Origin: a virus
Lineage: Duplodnaviria > Heunggongvirae > Uroviricota > Caudoviricetes
Length of the DNA: 16,041 nucleotides
Direction: 5' to 3' (one strand)
Virus record (IMG/VR): IMGVR_UViG_3300029877_000022
Span: 1-16,041 of that record
Positions within the stretch are counted from its first letter, which is position 1. Each line of letters begins with the position of its first letter. The notes below the pieces were generated by a model. The model saw only the letters and a program-made list of their open reading frames with translations, searched no databases and was not told the origin of the DNA. Of the stretch, positions 8,717 to 15,945 are shown piece after piece. The position numbers and the translations under genes are program-made.

Positions 8717-9417
8717 TGGCTGATTCGAATCTCAACACCCCTGTTATTGTGCAGGCGACGCGGCTCGATACATCAATCCTTCCACGCAATATATTCAGCC
8801 AGTCTTACCTGTTGTATGTCATTAATCAGGGGGCTGATGTCGGCGCAATTGCCGGGAAGGCAAATCAGGCTGGTCAGGGCGCTTACGATGCCCAGGTAAA
8901 AAACGATGAACAGGATGTCGAACTGGCTGATCACGACGCAAGAATCACCGCAAACACAAAAGCGATAAATCTCCTTGAGGTCAGGTTAACAACCGCCGAA
9001 GGGAAGATAGTCATACTACGTAGCGATGTTGATTACTTGCTGGATGAGGTTATCGATATTCAGGCGCATCTGGTCACTGTTGACCAAATGCTGGATGACG
9101 TAGAAAACGATGTCTCTGGCATTAAGAGTGATTACGTATCGAAAACCGTAACCGAATCGCAGTCTCTTGCGTCACCGCTGGATGTAAAAACATCATATTC
9201 AGTTGATGGAATTCAGGTTGTTGGAGCAAGAAATACCGGATGGACTGCAGCCACAGGTACACCTCTTTTGGGCTCATTCAACGCTAACCAGTCATACACA
9301 GTCGGCACTACGTACACACAATCCGAAGTCGCAGCCCTCGCTACAGGGTTGCAGCAGGCGCGGCAGCGTATTCTGGCGCTTGAAACGGCACTTAGATTAC
9401 ATGGGCTGATTGACTGA
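8716..9417 (+). CDS. Tail needle / cell-puncturing plug protein (P22 gp26-like)
   Basis: 233-aa ORF, the same length as P22 gp26. N-terminus [73 protein letters not shown] and C-terminus [25 protein letters not shown]...HGLID are near-identical to recalled gp26; the central coiled coil diverges. TAATG start/stop overlap with the gp10-like gene. Confidence 0.9.
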   Translation: MADSNLNTPVIVQATRLDTSILPRNIFSQSYLLYVINQGADVGAIAGKANQAGQGAYDAQVKNDEQDVELADHDARITANTKAINLLEVRLTTAEGKIVILRSDVDYLLDEVIDIQAHLVTVDQMLDDVENDVSGIKSDYVSKTVTESQSLASPLDVKTSYSVDGIQVVGARNTGWTAATGTPLLGSFNANQSYTVGTTYTQSEVAALATGLQQARQRILALETALRLHGLID

Positions 9418-9872
9418 TGATTACATTCAAACCAACGCGAAACATCGACCTGATAGAAGCCGTAGGAAATCACCCTGACATTATCGCCGGGAGCAACAAC
9501 GGTGATGGATACGACTACAAACCTGATTACCGTTACTTTGAGGTGAACGTGCACGGGCAGTTCGGCGGAATTGTTTACTATCAGGAGATTCAGCCGCTAA
9601 CCTTTGATTGCCACGCCATGTACCTGCCAGAGATTCGCGGCTTCAGCAAGGAAATCGGGCTGGCGTTCTGGCGATACATTCTGACTAACACCACCGTTCA
9701 GTGCGTCACATCGTTCGCTGCGCGCAAATTCCGCCACGGGCAGATGTACTGCGCAATGATTGGCCTTAAGCGTGTAGGGACCATCAAGAAATACTTCAAA
9801 GGCGTGGATGACGTGACGTTTTACAGCGCCACACGCGAAGAACTAATCGACTTCCTGAATCACAGGAGATAG
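9417..9872 (+). CDS. gp14-like virion assembly/ejection-associated protein
   Basis: 151-aa ORF in the position of P22 gene 14 (between needle and ejection protein genes). Start ATG overlaps the needle gene stop (TGATGA). Assignment is by synteny and size only. Confidence 0.6.
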   Translation: MITFKPTRNIDLIEAVGNHPDIIAGSNNGDGYDYKPDYRYFEVNVHGQFGGIVYYQEIQPLTFDCHAMYLPEIRGFSKEIGLAFWRYILTNTTVQCVTSFAARKFRHGQMYCAMIGLKRVGTIKKYFKGVDDVTFYSATREELIDFLNHRR

Positions 9873-9874
9873 CC

Positions 9875-10567
9875 ATGTTATATGCATTTAAGCTGGGCAG
9901 AAAACTGCGCGGCGAGGAACCTTATTACCCTGAAAAAGGCGGGAAAGGTGGCAGTTCTGATAAAAGCGCAAAGTATGCAGCAGAAGCTCAGAAGTATGCC
10001 GCAGACCTGCAAAATCAGCAGTGGCAGACGATCATGAAAAACCTTGCTCCGTTCACGCCTCTTGCGGAGCAGTATGTTAACCAGCTTCAGAACATTTCCA
10101 GTTTAGAAGGTCAGGGGCAGGCACTTAATCAGTATTACAACTCTCAGCAGTATAAAGACCTTGCAGGTCAGGCTCGTTACCAGAGTCTTGCTGCTGCGGA
10201 GGCGACTGGCGGACTTGGTTCGACAGCTACAAGCAATCAACTGGCCACGATTGCCCCGACTCTCGGTCAGTCGTGGTTGTCGAACCAGATGAGCAACTAC
10301 AACAATCTGGCAAACATTGGCCTTGGTGCGCTGCAAGGTCAGGCGAACGCCGGGCAGACATACGCCAACAACATGAGCAGCATTGCGCAGCAAAGCGCAG
10401 CACTTGCCGCTGCTAACGCCAATAAACCATCAGGCCTTCAGACAGCAATTAGCGGTGGCACGTCTGGTGCGATTGCCGGTGCAGGTCTTGCCAGCCTTTT
10501 GGGAACATCAACGCCTTGGGGCGCTGGCATTGGTGCTGGTATCGGATTGCTTGGCTCGTTGTTTTAA
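9875..10567 (+). CDS. Ejection (internal virion) protein, P22 gp7-like
   Basis: 230-aa ORF (P22 gp7 is about 229 aa) with GGAG RBS. Q/N/A-rich low-complexity body and a Gly-rich hydrophobic C-terminus (GAIAGAGLASLLG...GAGIGAGIGLLGSLF) consistent with a membrane-inserting ejection protein. Syntenic position. Confidence 0.75.
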   Translation: MLYAFKLGRKLRGEEPYYPEKGGKGGSSDKSAKYAAEAQKYAADLQNQQWQTIMKNLAPFTPLAEQYVNQLQNISSLEGQGQALNQYYNSQQYKDLAGQARYQSLAAAEATGGLGSTATSNQLATIAPTLGQSWLSNQMSNYNNLANIGLGALQGQANAGQTYANNMSSIAQQSAALAAANANKPSGLQTAISGGTSGAIAGAGLASLLGTSTPWGAGIGAGIGLLGSLF

Positions 10568-10576
10568 GGGGTAATA

Positions 10577-11872
10577 ATGGCTACTTGGCAAGGATCAAAT
10601 GGCGGATTGTTGGCTGGTATCGGCGGCGTCAACTCAAACGCTCCGAGCGTAAATGACATCGGCAATACGCTTCAGCTTATCAGGCAGAACAATGATATTG
10701 AGCGTTCAGGCGCTAACAATGTTGGGCTGACTGCTTTGCAAGGCCTTTCAGGTATTGCAGGAGTGTTTCAGCAGGAAAAGCAGGCTCAGCGGCAGAAAGA
10801 ATTTCAGCAGGCGTACGCTAATGCTTATACGTCTGGTGATCGCGGTGCTTTGCGTCAGTTGGCTACTCAATATCCAGACCAGATTGAATCCGTTCGTAAA
10901 GGCATGGGATTCATTGATGAAGACCAGCGCAATTCCATCGGTACCTTAGCGGCTGGCGCACGCCTTGCGTCATCGTCTCCAGAAGCAATGCAATCATGGC
11001 TGCAAAACAACGCCAAGGAACTGACTCGCGTCGGTGTTGACCCTAATAACGTTGCTCAGATGTATCAGCAGAATCCTTCAGGATTTGGTGAGTTTGTTGA
11101 TCACCTTGGAATGGCTGCTCTTGGTCCGATTGATTACTTCAATGTTCAGGACAAGATGGCTGGTCGTGAGATTGACCGAGGCAGGCTGGCAGAGACAATC
11201 CGCAGCAATCAGGCAGGAGAAGCACTAACAGCTCGAGGTCAGGACATCCAGATACGTGGACAGAACATCAGCGCACAGAATGCTGCTCTTTCCCGAGAAA
11301 TACAAAGAGCAGAATTACAAGAAAAGGCTCTGGACAGACAGATAGCCAGAGAAAGCAATCAGTTAAAGCTTGAAGAGCTAAAACAGAAACAGGCAGATGT
11401 TCGGCAAAAGGCTGACATAGCCCGCGCTGACAGGCAGGCCGCCGCTCAGGGTGCAGTTGATACGTTCAGCACCGCGCTTGATTCTCTCAACGAGATAGAG
11501 CAAAGCCCCGGCCTTTCAAAAGCAGTAGGAATTCGCTCAGCGTTTCCGACAGTTCCTGGCTCTGATGCGGCTAACTTTGAAGCAAGGCTCGACACCTTTA
11601 AAGCTCAAACATTCCTTCCTATGGTGCAGTCCCTGAAGGGTATGGGCGCTCTTTCAGATGCAGAGGGTAAAAAATTATCCGATGCGGTTGGTGCCCTAAG
11701 CCCCAAAATGAGTGAAAAGGCTTTTCGTGACTCTATCGGAAAGATTAGAAATCAGCTTGAAAGCAAGTTGAGCACTGTTAAAAAACAGTTTGATTATCAG
11801 GAGCCGGTGCAGAATATGCCAGGGCAACAATCTACTACTGGCAGTAACTTTTCTTCGCTATGGGGTGATTAA
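10577..11872 (+). CDS. Ejection (internal virion) protein, P22 gp20-like
   Basis: 431-aa ORF in the syntenic position, with AAGGGG RBS. Contains a long charged coiled-coil segment (IRGQNISAQNAALSREIQRAELQEKALDRQIARESNQLKLEELKQKQADVRQKADIARADRQ). Confidence 0.7.
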   Translation: MATWQGSNGGLLAGIGGVNSNAPSVNDIGNTLQLIRQNNDIERSGANNVGLTALQGLSGIAGVFQQEKQAQRQKEFQQAYANAYTSGDRGALRQLATQYPDQIESVRKGMGFIDEDQRNSIGTLAAGARLASSSPEAMQSWLQNNAKELTRVGVDPNNVAQMYQQNPSGFGEFVDHLGMAALGPIDYFNVQDKMAGREIDRGRLAETIRSNQAGEALTARGQDIQIRGQNISAQNAALSREIQRAELQEKALDRQIARESNQLKLEELKQKQADVRQKADIARADRQAAAQGAVDTFSTALDSLNEIEQSPGLSKAVGIRSAFPTVPGSDAANFEARLDTFKAQTFLPMVQSLKGMGALSDAEGKKLSDAVGALSPKMSEKAFRDSIGKIRNQLESKLSTVKKQFDYQEPVQNMPGQQSTTGSNFSSLWGD

Positions 11873-13869
11873 TGGCTAAAGCATGGAAAGATGTTATCGC
11901 CTCTCCACAGTATCAGGCGTTAGCACCAGAACAAAAAGCGCAGGCTCAGGAGCAATACTTCAATGAAGTCGTTGCCCCGCAAGCCGGAGAAAATGCAGAG
12001 CAGGCTAAGCAAGCTTTCTATGCTGCCTATCCATTGCCATCTGTGCAGCCAGTGGAGACACAACAACCAGTATCACAGCAACAACCACAGCAAAGTGGAT
12101 TTATGTCGGATCTTGGTGAAGCCGTGAAAGAAACTGGTCGCGGACTGGTGCAGGCTGGCGTGAACGTGGCAAACATACCTGCATCAGTTGCCGATGCTGT
12201 AACAAGCGCGGCGGCTTGGGCTGGCGGTAAACTCGGAATTGGCGATGGGACATATCACCCAGCGCCACGAGTAACAACGCAGGGATTAGAGCAGGACTTT
12301 GGCCTTCAGCAAGGCGCGCTGACTCCACAAACTACAGAGGGCAGGGTATTTGCTGAGGCATTGCCTTACCTCACTCCTGCTGGCATTGAGAGAGCGGCAA
12401 CACAGGCACCAACACTCGCTGGTAGAATCGCTCAGGGTGCAACTCGCCTTCTCGCTGAAAACGCAGTCGGGTCACTTGCTGCAAATAGTGCGAAAGATGA
12501 TGCGGAAGCACTCGCTACCGATTTAGGCATTGGCGTTCTGGCTGGCGGCGCTATTAACGCTGCCGGACGTGGATTAGGCGCTGCTTATCGTGGCGTTCGT
12601 GGTGCTATTGCACCAGAAGCGCAGCAAGCTATCAGATTTGCAGAGCGTGAAGGAGTGCCTCTGCACACCACAGACCTGTTACAGCCTAGTTCCCGCGTCG
12701 GAAAAATGGCGCAAACGACAGCAGAAAATATCCCCCTGGCTGGCACAAGCGGAATGAGAGCAACGCAACAGGAAGCGAGAAGCCAGTTGGTTCAGAGATT
12801 TGCTGATAAATTCGGTGAGTATGATCCAGCGGTTGTTATTGACAGCCTTAAAGCGAAAACATCAGGAATTCGTCGCGCTGCAGGAAATCGACTGGAGCAG
12901 GTTCAGAATGCTATGGCGGGAATAAACATTCAGCCTGCAAGAGCAATTCAGCAGATTGATACAGAAATATCTAACCTGCAGAAGCTTGGTAAGGTTGCTG
13001 ATAACGAGACTATTTCAAAACTTCAGTCCTATCGTGATGAGCTTGTTCGCAATGCTGGTCCTGATGGTCCGGTAAATCTGGATTTGAAGCAATTAAGCGA
13101 TCTGCGCAGCCAGTTCAGAATGGACGTGAAGGGTGAGCGACCAGTGTTACCAAACCGTTCCGATGCTGCCATTCAGCGCGTTTACAAGGCAATGACCGAC
13201 GATATCAATGGTGCCATTGGTCAGAATCTTGGCAACGATACTCTCCGTAAATATCAGCAGGCCAATGCCGTCTACGCTGACGAAGCCGCGAAACTAAAGA
13301 ATACCAGGCTGAAGAATGTTCTCATGAAAGGCGATCTGACGCCGGAAGTTGTCAACAACATGCTATTCAGCAAGAACAAATCGGAAATTAAGACGCTGTA
13401 TAACTCAGTTGGTCGTGTTGGCAGGGCGCAAATGCGCAATGGCATCATTGGAAAGGCGATGGAGAAATCTGGCGGATCCCCTGACCAGTTCCTTCGGCAG
13501 CTTAACATCCTGCAAAACCAGACTGGCATCACATTTAAGGGGCAGGACGCTGCTTATCTGAAAGGATTAAAAAACTACCTGCAATCTACGCAGCAGGCTG
13601 CAAAAGCGGCAGTAACAACACCCACAGGGCAGCAAACTATCCCGTTCATTATTGGGTATGGGACGGCAATGAACCCTGCGACAACTGGCGCAGCAGTAAG
13701 CTACGGACTTCTTACTCGCGCCTATGAGAGCGAGCCATTCAGAAATGCAATGCTCAGAATGGCAAACACCCCACGCGGATCAACAGCGTTTGAGAAAGCC
13801 ATGCAGCAGGCACAAAAGGCAATTAACGCTATGACGCAGGGGGCTAAGTCTGATGCGTTGTCAGAATAG
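11872..13869 (+). CDS. Ejection (internal virion) protein, P22 gp16-like
   Basis: 665-aa ORF, last gene of the ejection protein trio. TAATG start/stop overlap with the previous gene. Assignment by synteny and size (P22 gp16 about 609 aa). Q/P-rich N-terminal segment. Confidence 0.7.
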   Translation: MAKAWKDVIASPQYQALAPEQKAQAQEQYFNEVVAPQAGENAEQAKQAFYAAYPLPSVQPVETQQPVSQQQPQQSGFMSDLGEAVKETGRGLVQAGVNVANIPASVADAVTSAAAWAGGKLGIGDGTYHPAPRVTTQGLEQDFGLQQGALTPQTTEGRVFAEALPYLTPAGIERAATQAPTLAGRIAQGATRLLAENAVGSLAANSAKDDAEALATDLGIGVLAGGAINAAGRGLGAAYRGVRGAIAPEAQQAIRFAEREGVPLHTTDLLQPSSRVGKMAQTTAENIPLAGTSGMRATQQEARSQLVQRFADKFGEYDPAVVIDSLKAKTSGIRRAAGNRLEQVQNAMAGINIQPARAIQQIDTEISNLQKLGKVADNETISKLQSYRDELVRNAGPDGPVNLDLKQLSDLRSQFRMDVKGERPVLPNRSDAAIQRVYKAMTDDINGAIGQNLGNDTLRKYQQANAVYADEAAKLKNTRLKNVLMKGDLTPEVVNNMLFSKNKSEIKTLYNSVGRVGRAQMRNGIIGKAMEKSGGSPDQFLRQLNILQNQTGITFKGQDAAYLKGLKNYLQSTQQAAKAAVTTPTGQQTIPFIIGYGTAMNPATTGAAVSYGLLTRAYESEPFRNAMLRMANTPRGSTAFEKAMQQAQKAINAMTQGAKSDALSE

Positions 13870-13962
13870 CTTTTCAAACACCAGGAACGTGCAAAAACCA
13901 AATATGTAGAACGCGAGGTTTATCGTATCCCTCTGCATAGGCGATGATACATTTGCTGATTG

Positions 13963-14448
13963 TTATCTGATGTTACTGCTACTGTTGCATGTGACTGTAT
14001 TTCCAAACCCTGAATTGCAGTTTGTGTAAGTTTCAACTCGTGTTGGATAGGGTTGAGTTATAACAGGCTGTCTCGCTTTTTGCTCGATCGCTTGCATTGT
14101 GTTTACAGCCTGATAATTCAATAAAGCCTGCTGGAATGCTTGGCTTTGCGCTATTTGTTGGGCTTGTTCTTGGCTTTGTAGTTGAACATAAAGATTCTGA
14201 AGCTCAAGTCTTGCCTGCGCGTCACTTATCTTGCCATCATCGACACCTTGCCCGAGCATCTTCGCAGCAAGGACATATAACTTAGGTGTTGGTGCTGATG
14301 CCATGCGTGAGTCGTTCTTCACGCTAGCATCAAGGCAATTAGCCATATCGCTAAGCTTTGGATAGCGTTGTTCGCAATTTGCCTGATAGTCGCTAACCTT
14401 TGCGCACCCTGCCAGCAGAAGCGGGATAATTAACAGTGATTTTTTCAT
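13963..14448 (-). CDS. Predicted secreted lipoprotein, function unknown (accessory/moron gene)
   Basis: Minus-strand ORF. I place the start at the ATG at 14446..14448 (MKKSLLIIPLLLAGC) because AAGGAG lies 9 nt upstream and this gives a canonical lipoprotein signal peptide with lipobox LAGC. Mature part has cysteines near both ends and a Q-rich helical middle. No recognisable homologue from memory. Confidence 0.7.
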   Translation of the reverse strand: MKKSLLIIPLLLAGCAKVSDYQANCEQRYPKLSDMANCLDASVKNDSRMASAPTPKLYVLAAKMLGQGVDDGKISDAQARLELQNLYVQLQSQEQAQQIAQSQAFQQALLNYQAVNTMQAIEQKARQPVITQPYPTRVETYTNCNSGFGNTVTCNSSSNIR

Positions 14449-14582
14449 ATGATTAACTCTCCTTATCTTTGCCATCATGGCACTGTTGGGTGTAAATGAG
14501 TTATTAACTCAATCGACAATATCTTCACGAAAATACTTTTTATTATTAAGATCTTTCTGATTCTAACAAAACGGAAAGTAAT

Positions 14583-15002
14583 ATGAAGAGGATTATCGGC
14601 GTCGTTGCTGGCGCTATATTGTTATCTGGGTGCGCAACTATTGTTGGTGATGAAACGCAGCTTGTGCAAGTGAACAGCAATCCTTCTGGCGCGAGCTTTA
14701 AGGTAAAAGATGAATCTGGTGTGATTGTTGCGCAAGGTAAGACTCCACAAGGTGTAACACTCGCCAAGTCAGATGGTAGCTATTTTGGCAAAAAGAGCTA
14801 CCAGATCACTATGGAGAAGGATGGGTACGAACCAGTTACCCTGCCAATCAAAGCCAATGCTAATGGTTGGTATATTGGTGGGAACCTTGTGTTTGGTGGG
14901 TTAATTGGTTGGCTTGCTGTAGATCCATTTAATGGTGGGATGTATACCTTGAAGCCTAAAGAGGCAAATGCATCCCTTATACCGTCCACAAAGCAAGACT
15001 AA
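14583..15002 (+). CDS. Predicted lipoprotein with PEGA-like domain, function unknown (accessory/moron gene)
   Basis: 139-aa ORF with lipoprotein signal MKRIIGVVAGAILLSGC (lipobox LSGC). Middle region NPSGASFKVKD...GKTPQGVTL...YQITMEKDGYEP resembles the PEGA domain pattern. Gly/Trp-rich C-terminal segment GWYIGGNLVFGGLIGWLAVDPFNGGMYTL. Followed by a terminator. Confidence 0.7.
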   Translation: MKRIIGVVAGAILLSGCATIVGDETQLVQVNSNPSGASFKVKDESGVIVAQGKTPQGVTLAKSDGSYFGKKSYQITMEKDGYEPVTLPIKANANGWYIGGNLVFGGLIGWLAVDPFNGGMYTLKPKEANASLIPSTKQD

Positions 15003-15009
15003 TAAATGG

Positions 15010-15033
15010 AACCCACCATCAGGTGGGTTTTTT
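15010..15033 (+). terminator. Rho-independent terminator after the lipoprotein gene, overlapping the mnt stop codon
   Basis: AACCCACC-ATCA-GGTGGGTT hairpin (15010..15029) followed by a T-run to 15033. The poor U-tract on the opposite strand suggests it acts mainly on + strand transcripts. Confidence 0.7.
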
Positions 15034-15270
15034 GTACAAATCCTTCAGCGTATCAAACACCATCTTCTTAACAAGTTCAGACTGCTCATCAGCGATGCGT
15101 TCCGCATCGTCTCGATAGCCTGAAATTTTGGATGGCCTTGATACAGCATCAGTCACTATCTGAACTAATTCTGAATTAAGAGAGCGGCCATTGGATTTGG
15201 CTCGCTGTTTTAGTTTTTCCTTTAATTCGTAAGGTAGCCGCAGATTAAATTGCGGGTCATCTCTTCCCAT
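15019..15270 (-). CDS. mnt: Mnt repressor (ribbon-helix-helix, Arc/MetJ family)
   Basis: 83-aa minus-strand ORF MGRDDPQFNLRLPYELKEKLKQRAKSNGRSLNSELVQIVTDAVSRPSKISGYRDDAERIADEQSELVKKMVFDTLKDLYKKPT. Near-identical in length and sequence to P22 Mnt as I recall it, including the N-terminal beta-strand DNA-reading motif and C-terminal tetramerisation helix. Confidence 0.9.
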   Translation of the reverse strand: MGRDDPQFNLRLPYELKEKLKQRAKSNGRSLNSELVQIVTDAVSRPSKISGYRDDAERIADEQSELVKKMVFDTLKDLYKKPT

Positions 15271-15332
15271 TCTTGATGCCTCGCTCTTGTGAGTGGATCG
15301 GCATCTTATTATCTGCTGGTTGCATCCTCAAT

Positions 15333-15349
15333 AAGACCACGGTGGTCGT
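15333..15349. promoter_or_regulatory. Mnt operator-like 17-bp palindrome
   Basis: AAGACCACGGTGGTCGT has a symmetric core GACCAC-G-GTGGTC (15335..15347). It resembles the P22 Mnt operator as I recall it (AGGTCCACGGTGGACCT). Located in the 135-bp gap between the mnt start and the tailspike start. Confidence 0.6.
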
Positions 15350-15405
15350 ATTTTTTGATTAATAATGAATCACTGCGGCCATTCCTTGTATCTGGAGCAA
15401 ATTAA

Positions 15406-15945
15406 ATGACAGACATTACAGCCAATGTTGTAGTGAGTATGCCTTCGCAACTCTTCACTATGGCTCGTTCTTTTAAAGCCGTAGCCAATGGCAAAATTTA
15501 TATCGGTAAAATTGACACTGACCCGGTAAATCCTGAAAACCAGATTCAGGTCTATGTTGAGAACGAAGATGGTTCTCACGTTCCTGTTGCACAGCCAATC
15601 GTCATCAATGCCGCAGGGTATCCAGTATATAACGGACAGATTGCCAAATTCGTTACCGTGCAAGGCCATTCTATGGCTGTTTATGATGCGTATGGTGCAC
15701 AGCAGTTCTATTTTCCTAATGTGCTGAAGTATGACCCGGATCAGTTTAAACAAAAAGTATTATCAAATGATATGCTAAATATGTCTCCTCTTTATTTTGG
15801 AGCTAAGGGGGATGGGATTAGCGATGATACTGAAGCATTTGTCGCGTTGGAAATGGATATAAAAAATAGGGTTATTGATTTAAGTGGAAGAGCATTTTTT
15901 GTTACTAAAAGTTTTATTGGAAATAGCTATATAAATGGTTCTTAG
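15406..15945 (+). pseudogene. Tailspike gene truncated by IS2 insertion; retains the P22-type head-binding domain and the start of a pectate-lyase-like receptor-binding domain
   Basis: N-terminus [59 protein letters not shown]...[15 protein letters not shown]...[10 protein letters not shown] is the conserved tailspike head-binding domain. It is followed by an AT-rich segment encoding [16 protein letters not shown]. The frame ends at a TAG that is the first 3 nt of the IS2 end (15943), so the ORF is 179 codons instead of the 600 to 700 expected. Confidence 0.85.

Noticed and set aside
7389-13561. Assorted short antisense and alternative-frame ORFs within the gp10-, gp26-, gp14-, gp7-, gp20- and gp16-like genes (for example 7389..7607, 9213..9554, 10103..10393, 12101..12328, 13272..13532)
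   Set aside because: All are embedded in the translationally coupled + strand operon and have no independent support.
14449-14478. Upstream start (14478) for the minus-strand lipoprotein, giving 171 aa (MMAKIRRVNHMKKS...)
   Set aside because: The ATG at 14446..14448 is preceded by AAGGAG at ideal spacing and yields a canonical lipoprotein signal peptide. The longer form would bury the RBS inside coding sequence.
14097-15002. ORFs 14097..14285 (+), 14546..14767 (-) and 14798..14989 (-) overlapping the two lipoprotein genes
   Set aside because: Antisense or out of frame to ORFs with clear signal peptides and RBS. They lack start context.
15370-15753. 127-aa minus-strand ORF antisense to the tailspike head-binding domain
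   Set aside because: The + strand frame encodes a highly conserved tailspike N-terminus, so the antisense frame is a shadow.
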